Source: Candidatus Fraserbacteria bacterium | GTDB taxonomy: Bacteria > Bipolaricaulota > Bipolaricaulia > RBG-16-55-9 > DRXL01 | Direction: 5' to 3' | Assembly: GCA_947085185.1 (NCBI GenBank) | Contig: CAMTVK010000005.1 | Location: 61,174 to 125,173 of the forward strand | Length of the DNA: 64,000 nucleotides | In this document: piece by piece, positions 39,319-49,150 of the stretch | Layout of the letters: every line of letters starts with the position of its first letter | Numbering within the stretch: position 1 is the stretch's first letter | Translations under genes and position numbers: made by a program | The notes under the pieces: model-generated | Database searches by the model: none | Seen by the model: only the letters and a program-made list of their open reading frames with translations | What the model was told of the DNA's origin: nothing

Positions 39319-39375
39319 TAATTTCCTTCAGCCAGAAGATTCCGGGACTGAGAGCGAGCACAGCCAGCCAGAGGA

Positions 39376-39843
39376 TCACTGTTGGATATGGAGTATTTTA
39401 TACGTACGTACGCCGCGGGGCGTGTGCACTTCGACGATCTGGCCGGGTTCGCGTCCGAGCAGGGCTCGTCCTGCAGGCGAAGCGACGGAGATCAAATCGA
39501 GCTCGGGATTGGCTTCCGCCGGGCCGACGAGCTTATACGTAAACACTGAACCCGTCGTGGTATCTTCCAACGTCACCCAGCACCCCAGCGTCACCAAGTG
39601 CTCTTGTCCGTCGTTGGTCACGATGAACGCGTGAGAGAGCTTGTGTTCGAGCTCTCGGATCTTAGCTTCCAGCAGGGCTTGTTTTTCTTTGGCTGAGTGA
39701 TATTCAGAGTTTTCGCTGAGGTCGCCGTAGGCGCGGGCACGCGCGATGATCTCAGCGATCTTAGGGCGCTCCGAGATCAGCCGCTCCAGCTCAGCCTTGA
39801 GCTGCTGATACCCCTCGGGCGTCATGGGAATTCGCTCGTCCAT
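39376..39843 (-). CDS. greA: Transcription elongation factor GreA
   Basis: [33 protein letters not shown] before MDERIP. Confidence 0.96.
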   Translation of the reverse strand: MDERIPMTPEGYQQLKAELERLISERPKIAEIIARARAYGDLSENSEYHSAKEKQALLEAKIRELEHKLSHAFIVTNDGQEHLVTLGCWVTLEDTTTGSVFTYKLVGPAEANPELDLISVASPAGRALLGREPGQIVEVHTPRGVRTYKILHIQQ

Positions 39844-39904
39844 GGGGTCCTCCTTTCGTCTACGTGTTTTATATTGTAGGGCAGAATGACTCGTGCTTCC
39901 AGAC

Positions 39905-40552
39905 CTAGGTGGTTCCTGAGCCTCCGAAGAGATGCTCTCCCAGGGCCTGCACGATCGCGTGGCGCTTAGCTTGGGCTTGGCGAGAAAGCCTCTTGTGCTC
40001 TTGATTGTACTGGCTCTGAAAAGCTTCATCGGAGATGGCTGCGAGATTGATGGCGACGTTGAGCAGTGCAGCTTGCAGAGCGCCTTCGGCCAAGTACGCC
40101 GCTGCACCACCATCGCTGAGCGCGTTCTTGTTCCCCTTGGTTATGACGAGCTCAGCTAGCTCTAATACCCGATAACAGTGCGAAGCCGTCTGATACGGGA
40201 TCTCCGTCGCTTGCTTGAGAGCCGATTGAATCGCGCGCGCGCGCGTTGCTCGATCGGCTTCTGTCTGACGCGGCAGTTTATAAGCAGCCAGCACTGCATG
40301 GAATGCCGCGCTGTCACGGTCGGCAAGCTCGAGCAGTTCGTCTCGGATCTTGAGCGCTTCAGCGAGAACGCGCTGCATCTCCGACTCGACCGCGTGGTAC
40401 GCTGTCTTCCCTATAGTCAATCCTGCGACCATCGCAGTCAGTGAAGCCGCGATGCTCCCTACAAGAGCTGCAGCGCTCCCTCCACCAGGAGTCGGCGTCG
40501 CCGCCGAGAGATTCTCTAAGAGCGTAAAGAGCGTCTCATCGCGAGTAGGCAT
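39905..40552 (-). CDS. Formiminotetrahydrofolate cyclodeaminase / cyclohydrolase family protein
   Basis: PTPGGGSAAA, MVAGLT, D..AF, YKLP, GNKNALSD, NVAINL. Confidence 0.9.
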   Translation of the reverse strand: MPTRDETLFTLLENLSAATPTPGGGSAAALVGSIAASLTAMVAGLTIGKTAYHAVESEMQRVLAEALKIRDELLELADRDSAAFHAVLAAYKLPRQTEADRATRARAIQSALKQATEIPYQTASHCYRVLELAELVITKGNKNALSDGGAAAYLAEGALQAALLNVAINLAAISDEAFQSQYNQEHKRLSRQAQAKRHAIVQALGEHLFGGSGTT

Positions 40553-41049
40553 TAGCGAGCTGTGGGCTGATCGTCCCGATGCCAGTAGACGCGAGCGAAC
40601 CGATCTCCTTCAGAGTATTTGATATCCAACGTGCCCTTGTGTGCTTGATGGATTGCTTCCCCGATGCGGCGGGCCAAGTGAAAGTTGGTCGTGGCGATCT
40701 CCAGCCCATTGCCGTTGGGTTTGATCCACATGATGCGCTGGAGTGGGCGTGATTCCCGCGCCAGTCTTTCTTGGTTTTTGGCGATGTTGAGGATCTCATC
40801 ACGACGGTTCTGTAAATAAGAGCCATCTAAGTAGACCACGCCGCCGGGGTTGCGATCTTGGATGCGCTTGCACGCGGGGCAGAGCTCGCGATTGGCCTGC
40901 GCAGGCGCTTCGGCTTCACGAGTCCAGCGCCCTTTCCGATAGACCAAGCCGCACCCAGAACAGGTTGTTGGCTCAGGGTACTTGCGCAGCTCATAGTAAG
41001 GACTCCCAGTATCTTCAGCGAGGATTTCGCGGCGGGTTGTGTTCTTCAT
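40552..41049 (-). CDS. BCAM0308 family protein
   Basis: EPT.C..CG.VY.KGRW, LCPAC.RI.D..P.G, PLQRIM, HLARRIG. Confidence 0.8.
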   Translation of the reverse strand: MKNTTRREILAEDTGSPYYELRKYPEPTTCSGCGLVYRKGRWTREAEAPAQANRELCPACKRIQDRNPGGVVYLDGSYLQNRRDEILNIAKNQERLARESRPLQRIMWIKPNGNGLEIATTNFHLARRIGEAIHQAHKGTLDIKYSEGDRFARVYWHRDDQPTAR

Positions 41050-41060
41050 ATGCACCCTCC

Positions 41061-42479
41061 TTATTGGGGTGTGACATACGTTGGTTGCGGATGGGTGACC
41101 AGGCCAAGCCGTTCGATCTCTCTGACGAGATGAGCGAACTCTTGTGCGAACGATCGCACATTGTTGCGCACCATCCCCGCGATGATGACCTCGCTCTCAG
41201 AGATGTGAACCCAGAGCTGCTTGTGCTTGAAATATATGTGCACGAGCAGCCCAACGACGACGAACAGAAAGCCGAAGTACACGACAGGGCGTCCGGGGTC
41301 TTTGGTGATTTGCAGGCCCGTAAATTCTGGAGCGGTCATGCCTACAAGCCTGATCGTATAGGGGGGAGTGGCGCTAACGCGGCTCATGGTCGTTTCCCAG
41401 AAGCGTTGCATCTCTGGGCGGGAGAACGCCCAGGTGCGCATAAGGCGCTGCCCCGCAGCATCGTACACTTCGACAAAGACAGCGGGGTTTTCGAGGCGCT
41501 GGGTCCGGCTGTACGCAATGAGATTCTCTGTGAGCGCGAAATCTGGGAGAAATGCTATGATCTTCACAAAGAGCTGCTCTTGAGGGATTTCAAAGCCATC
41601 GTTGACCGTGCCTACAAACTCCCCAAGTTCGGTGCCGTCAGCACGGGAGAGAGAGAGCGTGACCCGCGCTGCTCCCTGCCAGTCTGTGCCGAACGCCGAC
41701 TGATAGAAATTATAGCCCTTGTAGCGTAAGGGCGCGTTCACTTCGATCATCTTGGTCAAGACTTCACGGCCATCTTCGAGGACCGTGAGCTCGGTGTGCC
41801 AGTCCATGACGCGCTCGGAATTTTTATAGTTCCCGCTCCAGAACTTATTCACTCTCACGGTGAAATCCGCGCCGGGGAGCTGAATGACATCCCCCTGATG
41901 GGCGATCTCGAACGTTCGATACCCAAAGAGCATCGTGAGCAATCCCCCACAGATCACGACTAAGAGACTGAGATGAAAGAGGTCGATCCCAAAGCGCTCC
42001 CAGCGCCATTTCTCCGCGAGTATCTGAGAATCTGTGCTCTGGACGCGATAGCCCTTGCGCTGGAGGAGTTTTGCGATCTGTGCGGGCGCCTCGGCAGCGA
42101 CAGAGCCAGAGAGCGCATGAGCGTGCTCAAACCTCCGTAAGCTCTCGGGAGGGAGAGCGCTCATGGGGAGCTTCCAATAGCGCCAGGAGGCCCTCAGGCG
42201 CTTGAGCGTGCATGCGGTTAAATTGAGCGTGAACAATGCCATAAGAAAGAGAAAGTACCAAGACCCAAAGATATTCGTGAGCTGCAGCTTTTTGAGCAGC
42301 GTATACCCCTCAAAGCCGTAGCGGGCAATGTAATCGACTTCGCGGGTGAACGTCTCTTGAGGGATGAGCGTGCCCACCAGCCCTACCAGCGCCATGAGGG
42401 AGATCAATACAATAGCGAGCGTGATGGACGTGAAAAACTTAGAGAGATCGAAGATGATCTCACGCACGAAAGCACTCAT
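41061..42479 (-). CDS. resB: Cytochrome c biogenesis protein ResB/Ccs1
   Basis: GTLIPQ, SWYF..L...NL..C, HLS, IEVNAPLRYKG..FYQ, TGLQI.KDPG. Confidence 0.92.
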   Translation of the reverse strand: MSAFVREIIFDLSKFFTSITLAIVLISLMALVGLVGTLIPQETFTREVDYIARYGFEGYTLLKKLQLTNIFGSWYFLFLMALFTLNLTACTLKRLRASWRYWKLPMSALPPESLRRFEHAHALSGSVAAEAPAQIAKLLQRKGYRVQSTDSQILAEKWRWERFGIDLFHLSLLVVICGGLLTMLFGYRTFEIAHQGDVIQLPGADFTVRVNKFWSGNYKNSERVMDWHTELTVLEDGREVLTKMIEVNAPLRYKGYNFYQSAFGTDWQGAARVTLSLSRADGTELGEFVGTVNDGFEIPQEQLFVKIIAFLPDFALTENLIAYSRTQRLENPAVFVEVYDAAGQRLMRTWAFSRPEMQRFWETTMSRVSATPPYTIRLVGMTAPEFTGLQITKDPGRPVVYFGFLFVVVGLLVHIYFKHKQLWVHISESEVIIAGMVRNNVRSFAQEFAHLVREIERLGLVTHPQPTYVTPQ

Positions 42480-43126
42480 TGTTGGCTGCTATAGGGATCT
42501 AACGCCCGTGAGGTCTTTTTGAAGGCAGCGACCATATCCGCGACGCTCATCGAACCGAGCCACTTCCCGCGAATGATTCCCTCTTCGTCAAGGAAGAAGC
42601 TTGTGGGCAGCCCCGTCAGGCCGTAGCGCACAAAGATCTTTCCGTTGGTGTCAAGCACATTGAGATAGGTGATCCCGTACTGCTTGAGAAACTCTTGGAC
42701 AGTTTCGGCCTGGTCATTCCAATTGATACCGATGACGTGGATTCTGTCGCCGTACTTAGCGAAAAACTCTTGCAAGTCGGGCATCTCTTTGCGGCATGGG
42801 GGGCACCAGCTGGCCCAGAAATTGAGCAAGATGGGCTTGCCGCGCAGCGCGCTCAATCGAACACTTTTGCCGTCAAGGGTGAGGAGCTCAAAGTCTGGAG
42901 CACGAAACCCCAAATCCGGACGCTCCTCGTCGAAGTGTATCTGGGCGTTCTTATCTAAAAAAATCCCTTGGTTGAACTTGAGGACGAACTCATTGATCTG
43001 GTCTTCGCGGCGCAGGGCGCCGGGAGTTTGCGGGCCGGTGATAGAGAAGAAGTACGAATACGTGATGAAGCCGATCCATCCTAGACCCGCCAGAATGAGC
43101 ACGCCGACGAGGATCTTTTTCGCCAT
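42476..43126 (-). CDS. ResA/TlpA thiol-disulfide oxidoreductase
   Basis: N-terminal TM, APDF.L, NFWASWCPPC. Confidence 0.92.
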   Translation of the reverse strand: MAKKILVGVLILAGLGWIGFITYSYFFSITGPQTPGALRREDQINEFVLKFNQGIFLDKNAQIHFDEERPDLGFRAPDFELLTLDGKSVRLSALRGKPILLNFWASWCPPCRKEMPDLQEFFAKYGDRIHVIGINWNDQAETVQEFLKQYGITYLNVLDTNGKIFVRYGLTGLPTSFFLDEEGIIRGKWLGSMSVADMVAAFKKTSRALDPYSSQQ

Positions 43127-43285
43127 CGCGAGGGGATTATATAGAGAAATCTCGGAGGATTCAAGTTGTAGCCGACGAGTGTGAGGCCTAATAAAGAGCA
43201 TCAGCGCTTCCATCTCTCTTGGGGGCTTCCCCCTGGCCCTCGATTTGAAAATGTCTCCGCGCTTCGGTAAACTGGAGTAACTGCC

Positions 43286-44923
43286 ATGAGCATCCGGTTC
43301 TGCGTGTTTGTTCTCATTGGTCTGTTCGCGTTTACAGCCTATGCCCAAGACCCGCGCACGGCGATCCAGACGCGCTGGATGGGCGAGCACCACCCACGAG
43401 AGCTTGAAGTCAAGACCGGCTTAGTCAGTTATATCTTCGATGAAGCTGGCGGAACGCTCAAGAGCATCTATCTCTACTTTTCGGCCCCTTGGGGCAATCC
43501 CCCCACGGAGATCTTATCGAACGTGAAAGTCAAACCCGAAGATCTCTCGCGGCTCTATACGGCGGGCGCGACTTTCCCGTTCACGCTCACGGTCGGCTCC
43601 GTCTCCCCCGAAGCACTCTATCACGCCGAGATACTGCCCAGCGAAACCCCTAAAATTCAGAGCATCGCGTTCACCCATCAGAGCGACGCACTCAAGATCA
43701 CCAAGATTTTTACGGTCATCAATGAGCCACGCTATACGGTGGGCGTGGAGCTGCGCTTAGACAATCTCTCTGCGGAGAGGCTCTCGCTTCCTGAAGGGAT
43801 ACGCTTCGCTTTAGGAGCTGGCGTGCAAGATGCCCGCTCTGAGGCGCGATTTCTCTTCGACGGCGTGCGGGTTACTGAGATCGTGCAGAACTATAGGGAC
43901 TTCGAGGGCTTGGGATTTGTCGGCAATGCGCTGCTGCTGTGGCTCAGGAACGACCCTGCCCAAAAAGAGATTCATCCTTGGGTGAGCACCGACGCTCAGG
44001 GAAGACAGATCTTAGGGGTGCGCTCCGACGCGCTGACGCTTGCCCCAGGAGAGAGCCGAGTGTATCGCTTTATGCTCTATGCCGGACGGATCAATCTTAT
44101 CTTTTTGGAACAAGCGGGGTTGCAGCGCGTCACCGATCACGGCCCCTGGAGCCAGGCCCTCGCCGGAGTGACAAAATTTCTCAATGTGCTCTATGACTAC
44201 ACAGGCAACTACGGCTGGGCATTGATCCTCTTCACCCTGATCATTCGGCTGTTGATGTACCCGCTGACGCGCGCGCAGTTTCATTCGATGGCCAAGATGA
44301 AAGAGATCCAGCCCAAATTAGAAAAACTCCAGACGCGCTACCCGTCCCTGACGCAGCTGCGCGCGATGTACCCCAAGATGTCCGAAGACGAACTGAAGCG
44401 TCGTGCCCGGGAGAACCGCGAAGAGCTCACGAAAAAACAGATGGAGCTCTTCCGCAAAGAAGGGGTCAACCCCATGGGAGGATGCTTGCCTGCCCTCTTG
44501 CAGATCCCCATCTTCATTCTGCTCTGGCGAGTAGTGCTCTACAGCGCCGAGGCGATCCATCTCAGCCCGGGATTCCTGTGGATGAACGATCTCAGCCAGC
44601 ATGATTCGCTCTATATTATTGTCGCGCTCACGGTACTAGCCCAGATCGTGCAGGGCAAGCTGACCCCAGCACCGGCCAGCGGCCAAAACCAAGTGATGAC
44701 CTGGCTCTTCCCGGTCGTCTTTGGCTTTCTGCTCAAAGATCTCTCCGCAGGTTTATGGTTGCACTACTTCGTCTCGACGCTCGTCCAAGTCGGGCAACAA
44801 CTTGTGGTGATGTGGGAGCTGCGCCGTCGTCCTAAGCCCGCTCCCCCCCAACCAGAGCCCGAAGAAGCCCCAGCCGTCGAGGCCGCCCACTCTCATGGAT
44901 CCAAAGATCATTCAAGCTGTTGA
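43286..44923 (+). CDS. yidC: Membrane protein insertase YidC
   Basis: GNYGWALILFT, SMAKM..IQP, GVNPMGGCLP.LLQIPIF, FLW..DLS. Confidence 0.95.
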   Translation: MSIRFCVFVLIGLFAFTAYAQDPRTAIQTRWMGEHHPRELEVKTGLVSYIFDEAGGTLKSIYLYFSAPWGNPPTEILSNVKVKPEDLSRLYTAGATFPFTLTVGSVSPEALYHAEILPSETPKIQSIAFTHQSDALKITKIFTVINEPRYTVGVELRLDNLSAERLSLPEGIRFALGAGVQDARSEARFLFDGVRVTEIVQNYRDFEGLGFVGNALLLWLRNDPAQKEIHPWVSTDAQGRQILGVRSDALTLAPGESRVYRFMLYAGRINLIFLEQAGLQRVTDHGPWSQALAGVTKFLNVLYDYTGNYGWALILFTLIIRLLMYPLTRAQFHSMAKMKEIQPKLEKLQTRYPSLTQLRAMYPKMSEDELKRRARENREELTKKQMELFRKEGVNPMGGCLPALLQIPIFILLWRVVLYSAEAIHLSPGFLWMNDLSQHDSLYIIVALTVLAQIVQGKLTPAPASGQNQVMTWLFPVVFGFLLKDLSAGLWLHYFVSTLVQVGQQLVVMWELRRRPKPAPPQPEPEEAPAVEAAHSHGSKDHSSC

Positions 44924-45347
44924 GACGTTCCTTCACGGGCTCTTTCAGATCGCTGGAGAGACGGCGCTCCTCCGGATAACCGAGAGCGAAGAGGGGGTGC
45001 TGATTGACCTGCAGGGCGCTCAAGTCTTCGTGGGGCAAGATCAAAGAGCGTTGCGCTCGCTCGCGCACTTGCTCGAGATCTACGTAAAAAGAACCCTGGG
45101 CATAGATATCGGTGTGCAGCTCGACGCGGACGGGTATCGGGAGCGGCGCAAGGCCGAGCTGCGCGAGCTGGCCCTCCGGCTTGCCGAAGAAGCCCTGCGC
45201 GAGCACAAGAGAATCGTGCTCGACCCCATGGAGCCCTACGAACGCAAAGCGATCCATGAAGCGCTCAGCCAGGTTCCTCACGTGCGCACCTACAGCGAAG
45301 GCCAAGGCGATGACCGCCGCGTTGTCATAGAGCCGATCTCATCGTGA
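44895..45347 (+). CDS. jag: Jag/EloR-like KH-R3H protein lacking Jag_N
   Basis: D..GYR, LDPM..YERK.IH, TYSEG.G..R.VVI; follows yidC. Confidence 0.85.
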   Translation: MDPKIIQAVETFLHGLFQIAGETALLRITESEEGVLIDLQGAQVFVGQDQRALRSLAHLLEIYVKRTLGIDIGVQLDADGYRERRKAELRELALRLAEEALREHKRIVLDPMEPYERKAIHEALSQVPHVRTYSEGQGDDRRVVIEPISS

Positions 45348-45440
45348 ACACCCCCGCCGTCACCCTCTTGCAAGACAAAGATCACGCACGCCTGCTTCCA
45401 GCAGTCCTTCTGTCTTCCTAGAAATTCTTCTAGACTGTGT

Positions 45441-47033
45441 GTGAACACAGGGGGTTTCGCCAGAGAGATGACAACCAGACTCGTGCGCCAGAGAGGGGTG
45501 CTTCATCTCATCGCTGTTATCCCCCTCTCTCTCTTTTTTTTGTTCGACTGGCGACTGTGGGGAGCTGGAGCAGGAGCTGTACTTTTGGTGAGCACCGCCA
45601 GCCGCCGCTGGTGGGTGGGGCTCCTCAGCGTGACCCTTGCAGCTTTGATCGCCTATGCTGCAGGCTATCGCATCGAGTTCCTCACCAACCCTGAGGGGGG
45701 CTTTTTCTATCTCTCCCAGTGGAGCTGGCTCATCACGCTCGGTTGGATCAGTGTCGTCAGCCAAGGGGTCTCAGTATTGGGCCAGCTCGATCCTTCAGGA
45801 AGGCTCTTGACGAAAATTTTGGCGATCTCTGGAAGTGCTCTTCTGCTGATCAGCCTCTGGCAGGGACAGTTCTTCGCTGTGATGCTCTTGTGTGCTTTGC
45901 ACCTGATCGTGCTAGGGGTACGGACATATAGTGTTCCTGCAGAGCGATGGAGCAGCGCCGTCGGGTACGGATTGGCGTTGGTAGCCATTGAGGGATTGGT
46001 GAAGACGACCGCATCCGTGGCGTTGCTCGCCCCTGTGATCGCGTTGGGGGTACCGTTCACAAGCACGCTCTCGATCGCTTACAGTCACAGACTCGATCTT
46101 GCGCTAGACGACCTTGCAATCGGGCGCTTTCGCGCGCTCGTGTTGATGTATCTGGTCTCGGCGTATATAGGCATCATGGCGTTCTTAGCCACCCGACTTG
46201 AGCCGGAAGTTTTTATGTGGATTGTGGGAGTGACGAGCATAATTTTAGGGATTCTCGTTTGGGTGCTTGTGCGGCTCCCCAAGATAGTAGCTGTCACTGA
46301 GAGAAAGTTTGTGCTCTTTGGTACCCCCATTGACGTGCTCACGCTCGACGAGGCAGTTCAGAGAGTAGAAAGATGTATTGGCTCTCGCACGTCTGCGCTG
46401 ATATGCACTCCCGATACGACGGCGATCGTGCGCGCGCAACGAGATCCAAGATTGCGAGCACTCTATAAGCGAGCTGATCTAGTCACTCCCGACGGTACGG
46501 GGATCGTGTGGGCTGCGCGGTTGCTAGGAGCACCCCTGAGGGAGCGCGTCTCCGGCATTGATCTTTTAGAAAGACTCTTCGTGCGGGGACAAGAGCTGAA
46601 AGTCTTTCTGCTTGGGGCAGCGCCAGGGGTAGCTGAAGAGGCCGCACGCAAGCTCACACAAAAATATCCCAATCTTCGTATCGTTGGGACGCACCATGGG
46701 TACTTTGCCCCTGCCGCAAGCGCTCGCGTTCTTTCTATGATAAAACGAGCGCAGCCTGATATAGTGCTTGTAGGGTTGGGCGTGCCACGCCAAGAGCTTT
46801 GGATGGGAGAGAATCAATCGCAGCTCGATGGGCTGGTGCTGATGGGCGTTGGGGGATGCTTCGACGTATGGGCAGGGCGACTTACGCGCGCGCCTTGGAG
46901 GTGGCAAAAACTCGGGCTCGAATGGCTCTATCGCGTTTTGCAGGAGCCGCGCCGCCTTGCGCGTGTACATGTGATCCCGCTCTTTTTGGGGCAAATTTCT
47001 TTTGTGAAGCTCGCGCACTGGCTCTGCGATTAA
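45441..47033 (+). CDS. WecB/TagA/CpsF glycosyltransferase with N-terminal multi-TM domain
   Basis: ADLVTPDG.GIVWA, ERVSGIDL, VGLGVPRQE, GVGG.FD, RAP, GLEWLYR. Confidence 0.88.
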   Translation: MNTGGFAREMTTRLVRQRGVLHLIAVIPLSLFFLFDWRLWGAGAGAVLLVSTASRRWWVGLLSVTLAALIAYAAGYRIEFLTNPEGGFFYLSQWSWLITLGWISVVSQGVSVLGQLDPSGRLLTKILAISGSALLLISLWQGQFFAVMLLCALHLIVLGVRTYSVPAERWSSAVGYGLALVAIEGLVKTTASVALLAPVIALGVPFTSTLSIAYSHRLDLALDDLAIGRFRALVLMYLVSAYIGIMAFLATRLEPEVFMWIVGVTSIILGILVWVLVRLPKIVAVTERKFVLFGTPIDVLTLDEAVQRVERCIGSRTSALICTPDTTAIVRAQRDPRLRALYKRADLVTPDGTGIVWAARLLGAPLRERVSGIDLLERLFVRGQELKVFLLGAAPGVAEEAARKLTQKYPNLRIVGTHHGYFAPAASARVLSMIKRAQPDIVLVGLGVPRQELWMGENQSQLDGLVLMGVGGCFDVWAGRLTRAPWRWQKLGLEWLYRVLQEPRRLARVHVIPLFLGQISFVKLAHWLCD

Positions 47034-48766
47034 GTTTCTAAAATATCTTCGATTTCGAGCTGCACTTGAGGACGGCCTGTCCACGTGTCGCAGCCGAGCT
47101 TGAACGCCAGCCCCACTCGACCCGCTTGCTCGATCTCGTACGCGAATTCTCCTAGCGAAAACCCGATCGCTGAAAACTCCCTGCCCCCAGCAGCTACTCT
47201 GAGCTTGAGATGACGGCTGCCATTCCCTACCGTGCGCAGCTCAAGGATCTGTGCTGTTCGCAAGAGAAATCGTGGGATCGGATGGCCCATGCCAAACGGC
47301 GCCAGCCGCAAAAGATCCGTATATGTCTCTAACGTGATCTCTTCGGGGGCAAGCTCGGCCTCCAGTTCGTGCACAGGATCTTCTAAATCGCGTAAGACTT
47401 CGCGAGCATAAGCGCACAGATGCTCTTGGAGGAGCGAAAGCTTGTCGTTGCGTATAGAAAACCCCGCAGCCATGGCGTGGCCGCCATAGCGCTCAAAGAG
47501 CTCACTATGCTTCTCCAAAGCTGCCATGATGTCAAACCCCGGAATGCTCCGACACGACGCCCGACTGATCTCATCTCCGATAGAGACTAATACTGTGGGA
47601 CGATAGTACTTTTCCGCGATATCAGACGCAACCAACCCAATCAGCCCAGGGTTCCAGTACTTGCCCGCAAGGAAGATCAGCTTCTCCTGCTGCCAGTTGG
47701 GTCTGGTGCGGAGAAACTCTTCGGCTTGATAGAGCAGATCTCCTTGGGCGATCTGGCGATCTTGGTTGTACGCCAGCAGCCTTTCGGCCAGCTGGTCGGC
47801 TTTAGTAGGGAGGGCTGTCACCAAGAGCATGAACGCATCGCGGGGATCGCCGACGCGATTGGCCGCGTTGAGCTTGGGCACAATAATGTACCCCACTTCG
47901 CCCGTGGTGAGCCGGTGCGGATCGAGCGAGAGTTTTTCTATCAACGTGCGCAGCCCCAAACACCCTTGCCCTTGAGCCACGCTCAGGAGCCCCTGCGCCA
48001 CAAGTCGCTGATTTTCAGCGCACCCGTTGTGTACCAATGGTACCAGATCCCCAACCGTGCCGAGCATAACAAGATCTAAGAATTCTCTACATACGTCCTG
48101 GGGGAGGCCGCGGAGCTCGTAGAGCGCGCGCACCATCTGAAAAGCGACGCCGACAGCTGCGAGGTCTTTATTGGGATAAGAACACCCGGGCTGCTTGGGG
48201 TTGATGATCGCATATGCTGGAGGGAGTTGGGGCGGCGGATGGTGATGGTCGCTGATGATGACGTCAATGCCGTGCTCTTGAAGGCTGCGCACAAACTCGA
48301 CCTCGGAGATCCCGCAATCAGCGGTGATCAGCAAAGAAAACCCTTCATTGTGGAGGCGGTGCAGCACCGCTTCGCTAAGGCCATGCCCTCGCTCTCGATC
48401 GGAGAGATCCACCTTGATCCCTTGAGCGCCCAGCCTGCGCAACGCTTTATAGAGCAGCGCGGTGCTGGTGATGCCGTCAACGTCGAAATCCCCTTGAATA
48501 AAGATCTTTTCGCCTTGGCGGAGAGCGCGGTCAATACGGGCGACGGCCTCCTTAATCCCGCGCAGCTCCCACGGCGCACTGAGACGCTCTATACGGTGAT
48601 CGAAGAGTTCCTGCGGGCAATCGGGGGCGCGGGCGGCTAAGACGCGGGCGACCGCGGGGGAACACCCATAGTCGCGGGCGATCTGGCTCGCCCGCTCGAG
48701 AGAGAGACTTTTCAGACGCCAACGGCGCTTCTGGAGAAGCGACCGTACCACGGCACCCTGAGCCAT
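47030..48766 (-). CDS. recJ: ssDNA exonuclease RecJ
   Basis: GDFDVDG, TADCG, SDHH, GTVGD, PKLNAA.R, GGH..AAG. Confidence 0.95.
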   Translation of the reverse strand: MAQGAVVRSLLQKRRWRLKSLSLERASQIARDYGCSPAVARVLAARAPDCPQELFDHRIERLSAPWELRGIKEAVARIDRALRQGEKIFIQGDFDVDGITSTALLYKALRRLGAQGIKVDLSDRERGHGLSEAVLHRLHNEGFSLLITADCGISEVEFVRSLQEHGIDVIISDHHHPPPQLPPAYAIINPKQPGCSYPNKDLAAVGVAFQMVRALYELRGLPQDVCREFLDLVMLGTVGDLVPLVHNGCAENQRLVAQGLLSVAQGQGCLGLRTLIEKLSLDPHRLTTGEVGYIIVPKLNAANRVGDPRDAFMLLVTALPTKADQLAERLLAYNQDRQIAQGDLLYQAEEFLRTRPNWQQEKLIFLAGKYWNPGLIGLVASDIAEKYYRPTVLVSIGDEISRASCRSIPGFDIMAALEKHSELFERYGGHAMAAGFSIRNDKLSLLQEHLCAYAREVLRDLEDPVHELEAELAPEEITLETYTDLLRLAPFGMGHPIPRFLLRTAQILELRTVGNGSRHLKLRVAAGGREFSAIGFSLGEFAYEIEQAGRVGLAFKLGCDTWTGRPQVQLEIEDILET

Positions 48767-48773
48767 GAGACCG

Positions 48774-49034
48774 TTAGGCGTGCGCGACCAGCTTCATGAA
48801 CCGGGCCTTCAGGCGTGCGGCCTTGTTTTTGTGGATGGTCCCGCGCGCAGCCGCCTTGTCCGCTGCTTTTGCTAACTGAGGCAACAGCGCCTGGGCTTCC
48901 TGCTTCTGCCCCGCACTCAGATGCTTGCGAATCTGTCGGATCACCTGGCGGATGCTCTCCTTGCGTTTCAGATTGCGCAATCGCGCGCGCTCGCTCTTTC
49001 GTAAAGCTTTCTCTGCCGCTCGTACGTTGGGAAT
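48774..49034 (-). CDS. rpsT: 30S ribosomal protein S20 (ATT start inferred)
   Basis: (M)PNVRAAEKALRKSERARLRN...DKAA.RGTIHKNKAARLK; GAGGTGA 6 nt before ATT; in-frame TGA three codons upstream. Confidence 0.92.
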   Translation of the reverse strand: MPNVRAAEKALRKSERARLRNLKRKESIRQVIRQIRKHLSAGQKQEAQALLPQLAKAADKAAARGTIHKNKAARLKARFMKLVAHA

Positions 49035-49107
49035 ACCAGATCACCTCATGTTAGATACAAACTCTGTTCTGGAACGCCGCGAAAACGCAGCGTCAGGAAG
49101 CTGAGAT

Positions 49108-49136
49108 ATCATATCAGATCGAGCCAAGGCCGTCAA
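49108..49136 (-). promoter_or_regulatory. Sigma70 promoter of rpsT
   Basis: TTGACG-17nt-TATGAT with extended -10 TG. Confidence 0.75.
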
Positions 49137-49150
49137 GGACGGCGAGCCCC

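Noticed and set aside
39844..40113. Long N-terminal extension of GreA; similar extensions on ResA (to 43393), BrnT (from 32318) and HslV (from 23042)
   Set aside because: They overlap neighbouring genes; better starts exist at the family boundaries
40965..41729. 254-aa plus-strand ORF and many other 60-200 aa antisense ORFs
   Set aside because: Shadow ORFs of well-supported genes in GC-rich DNA; no motifs
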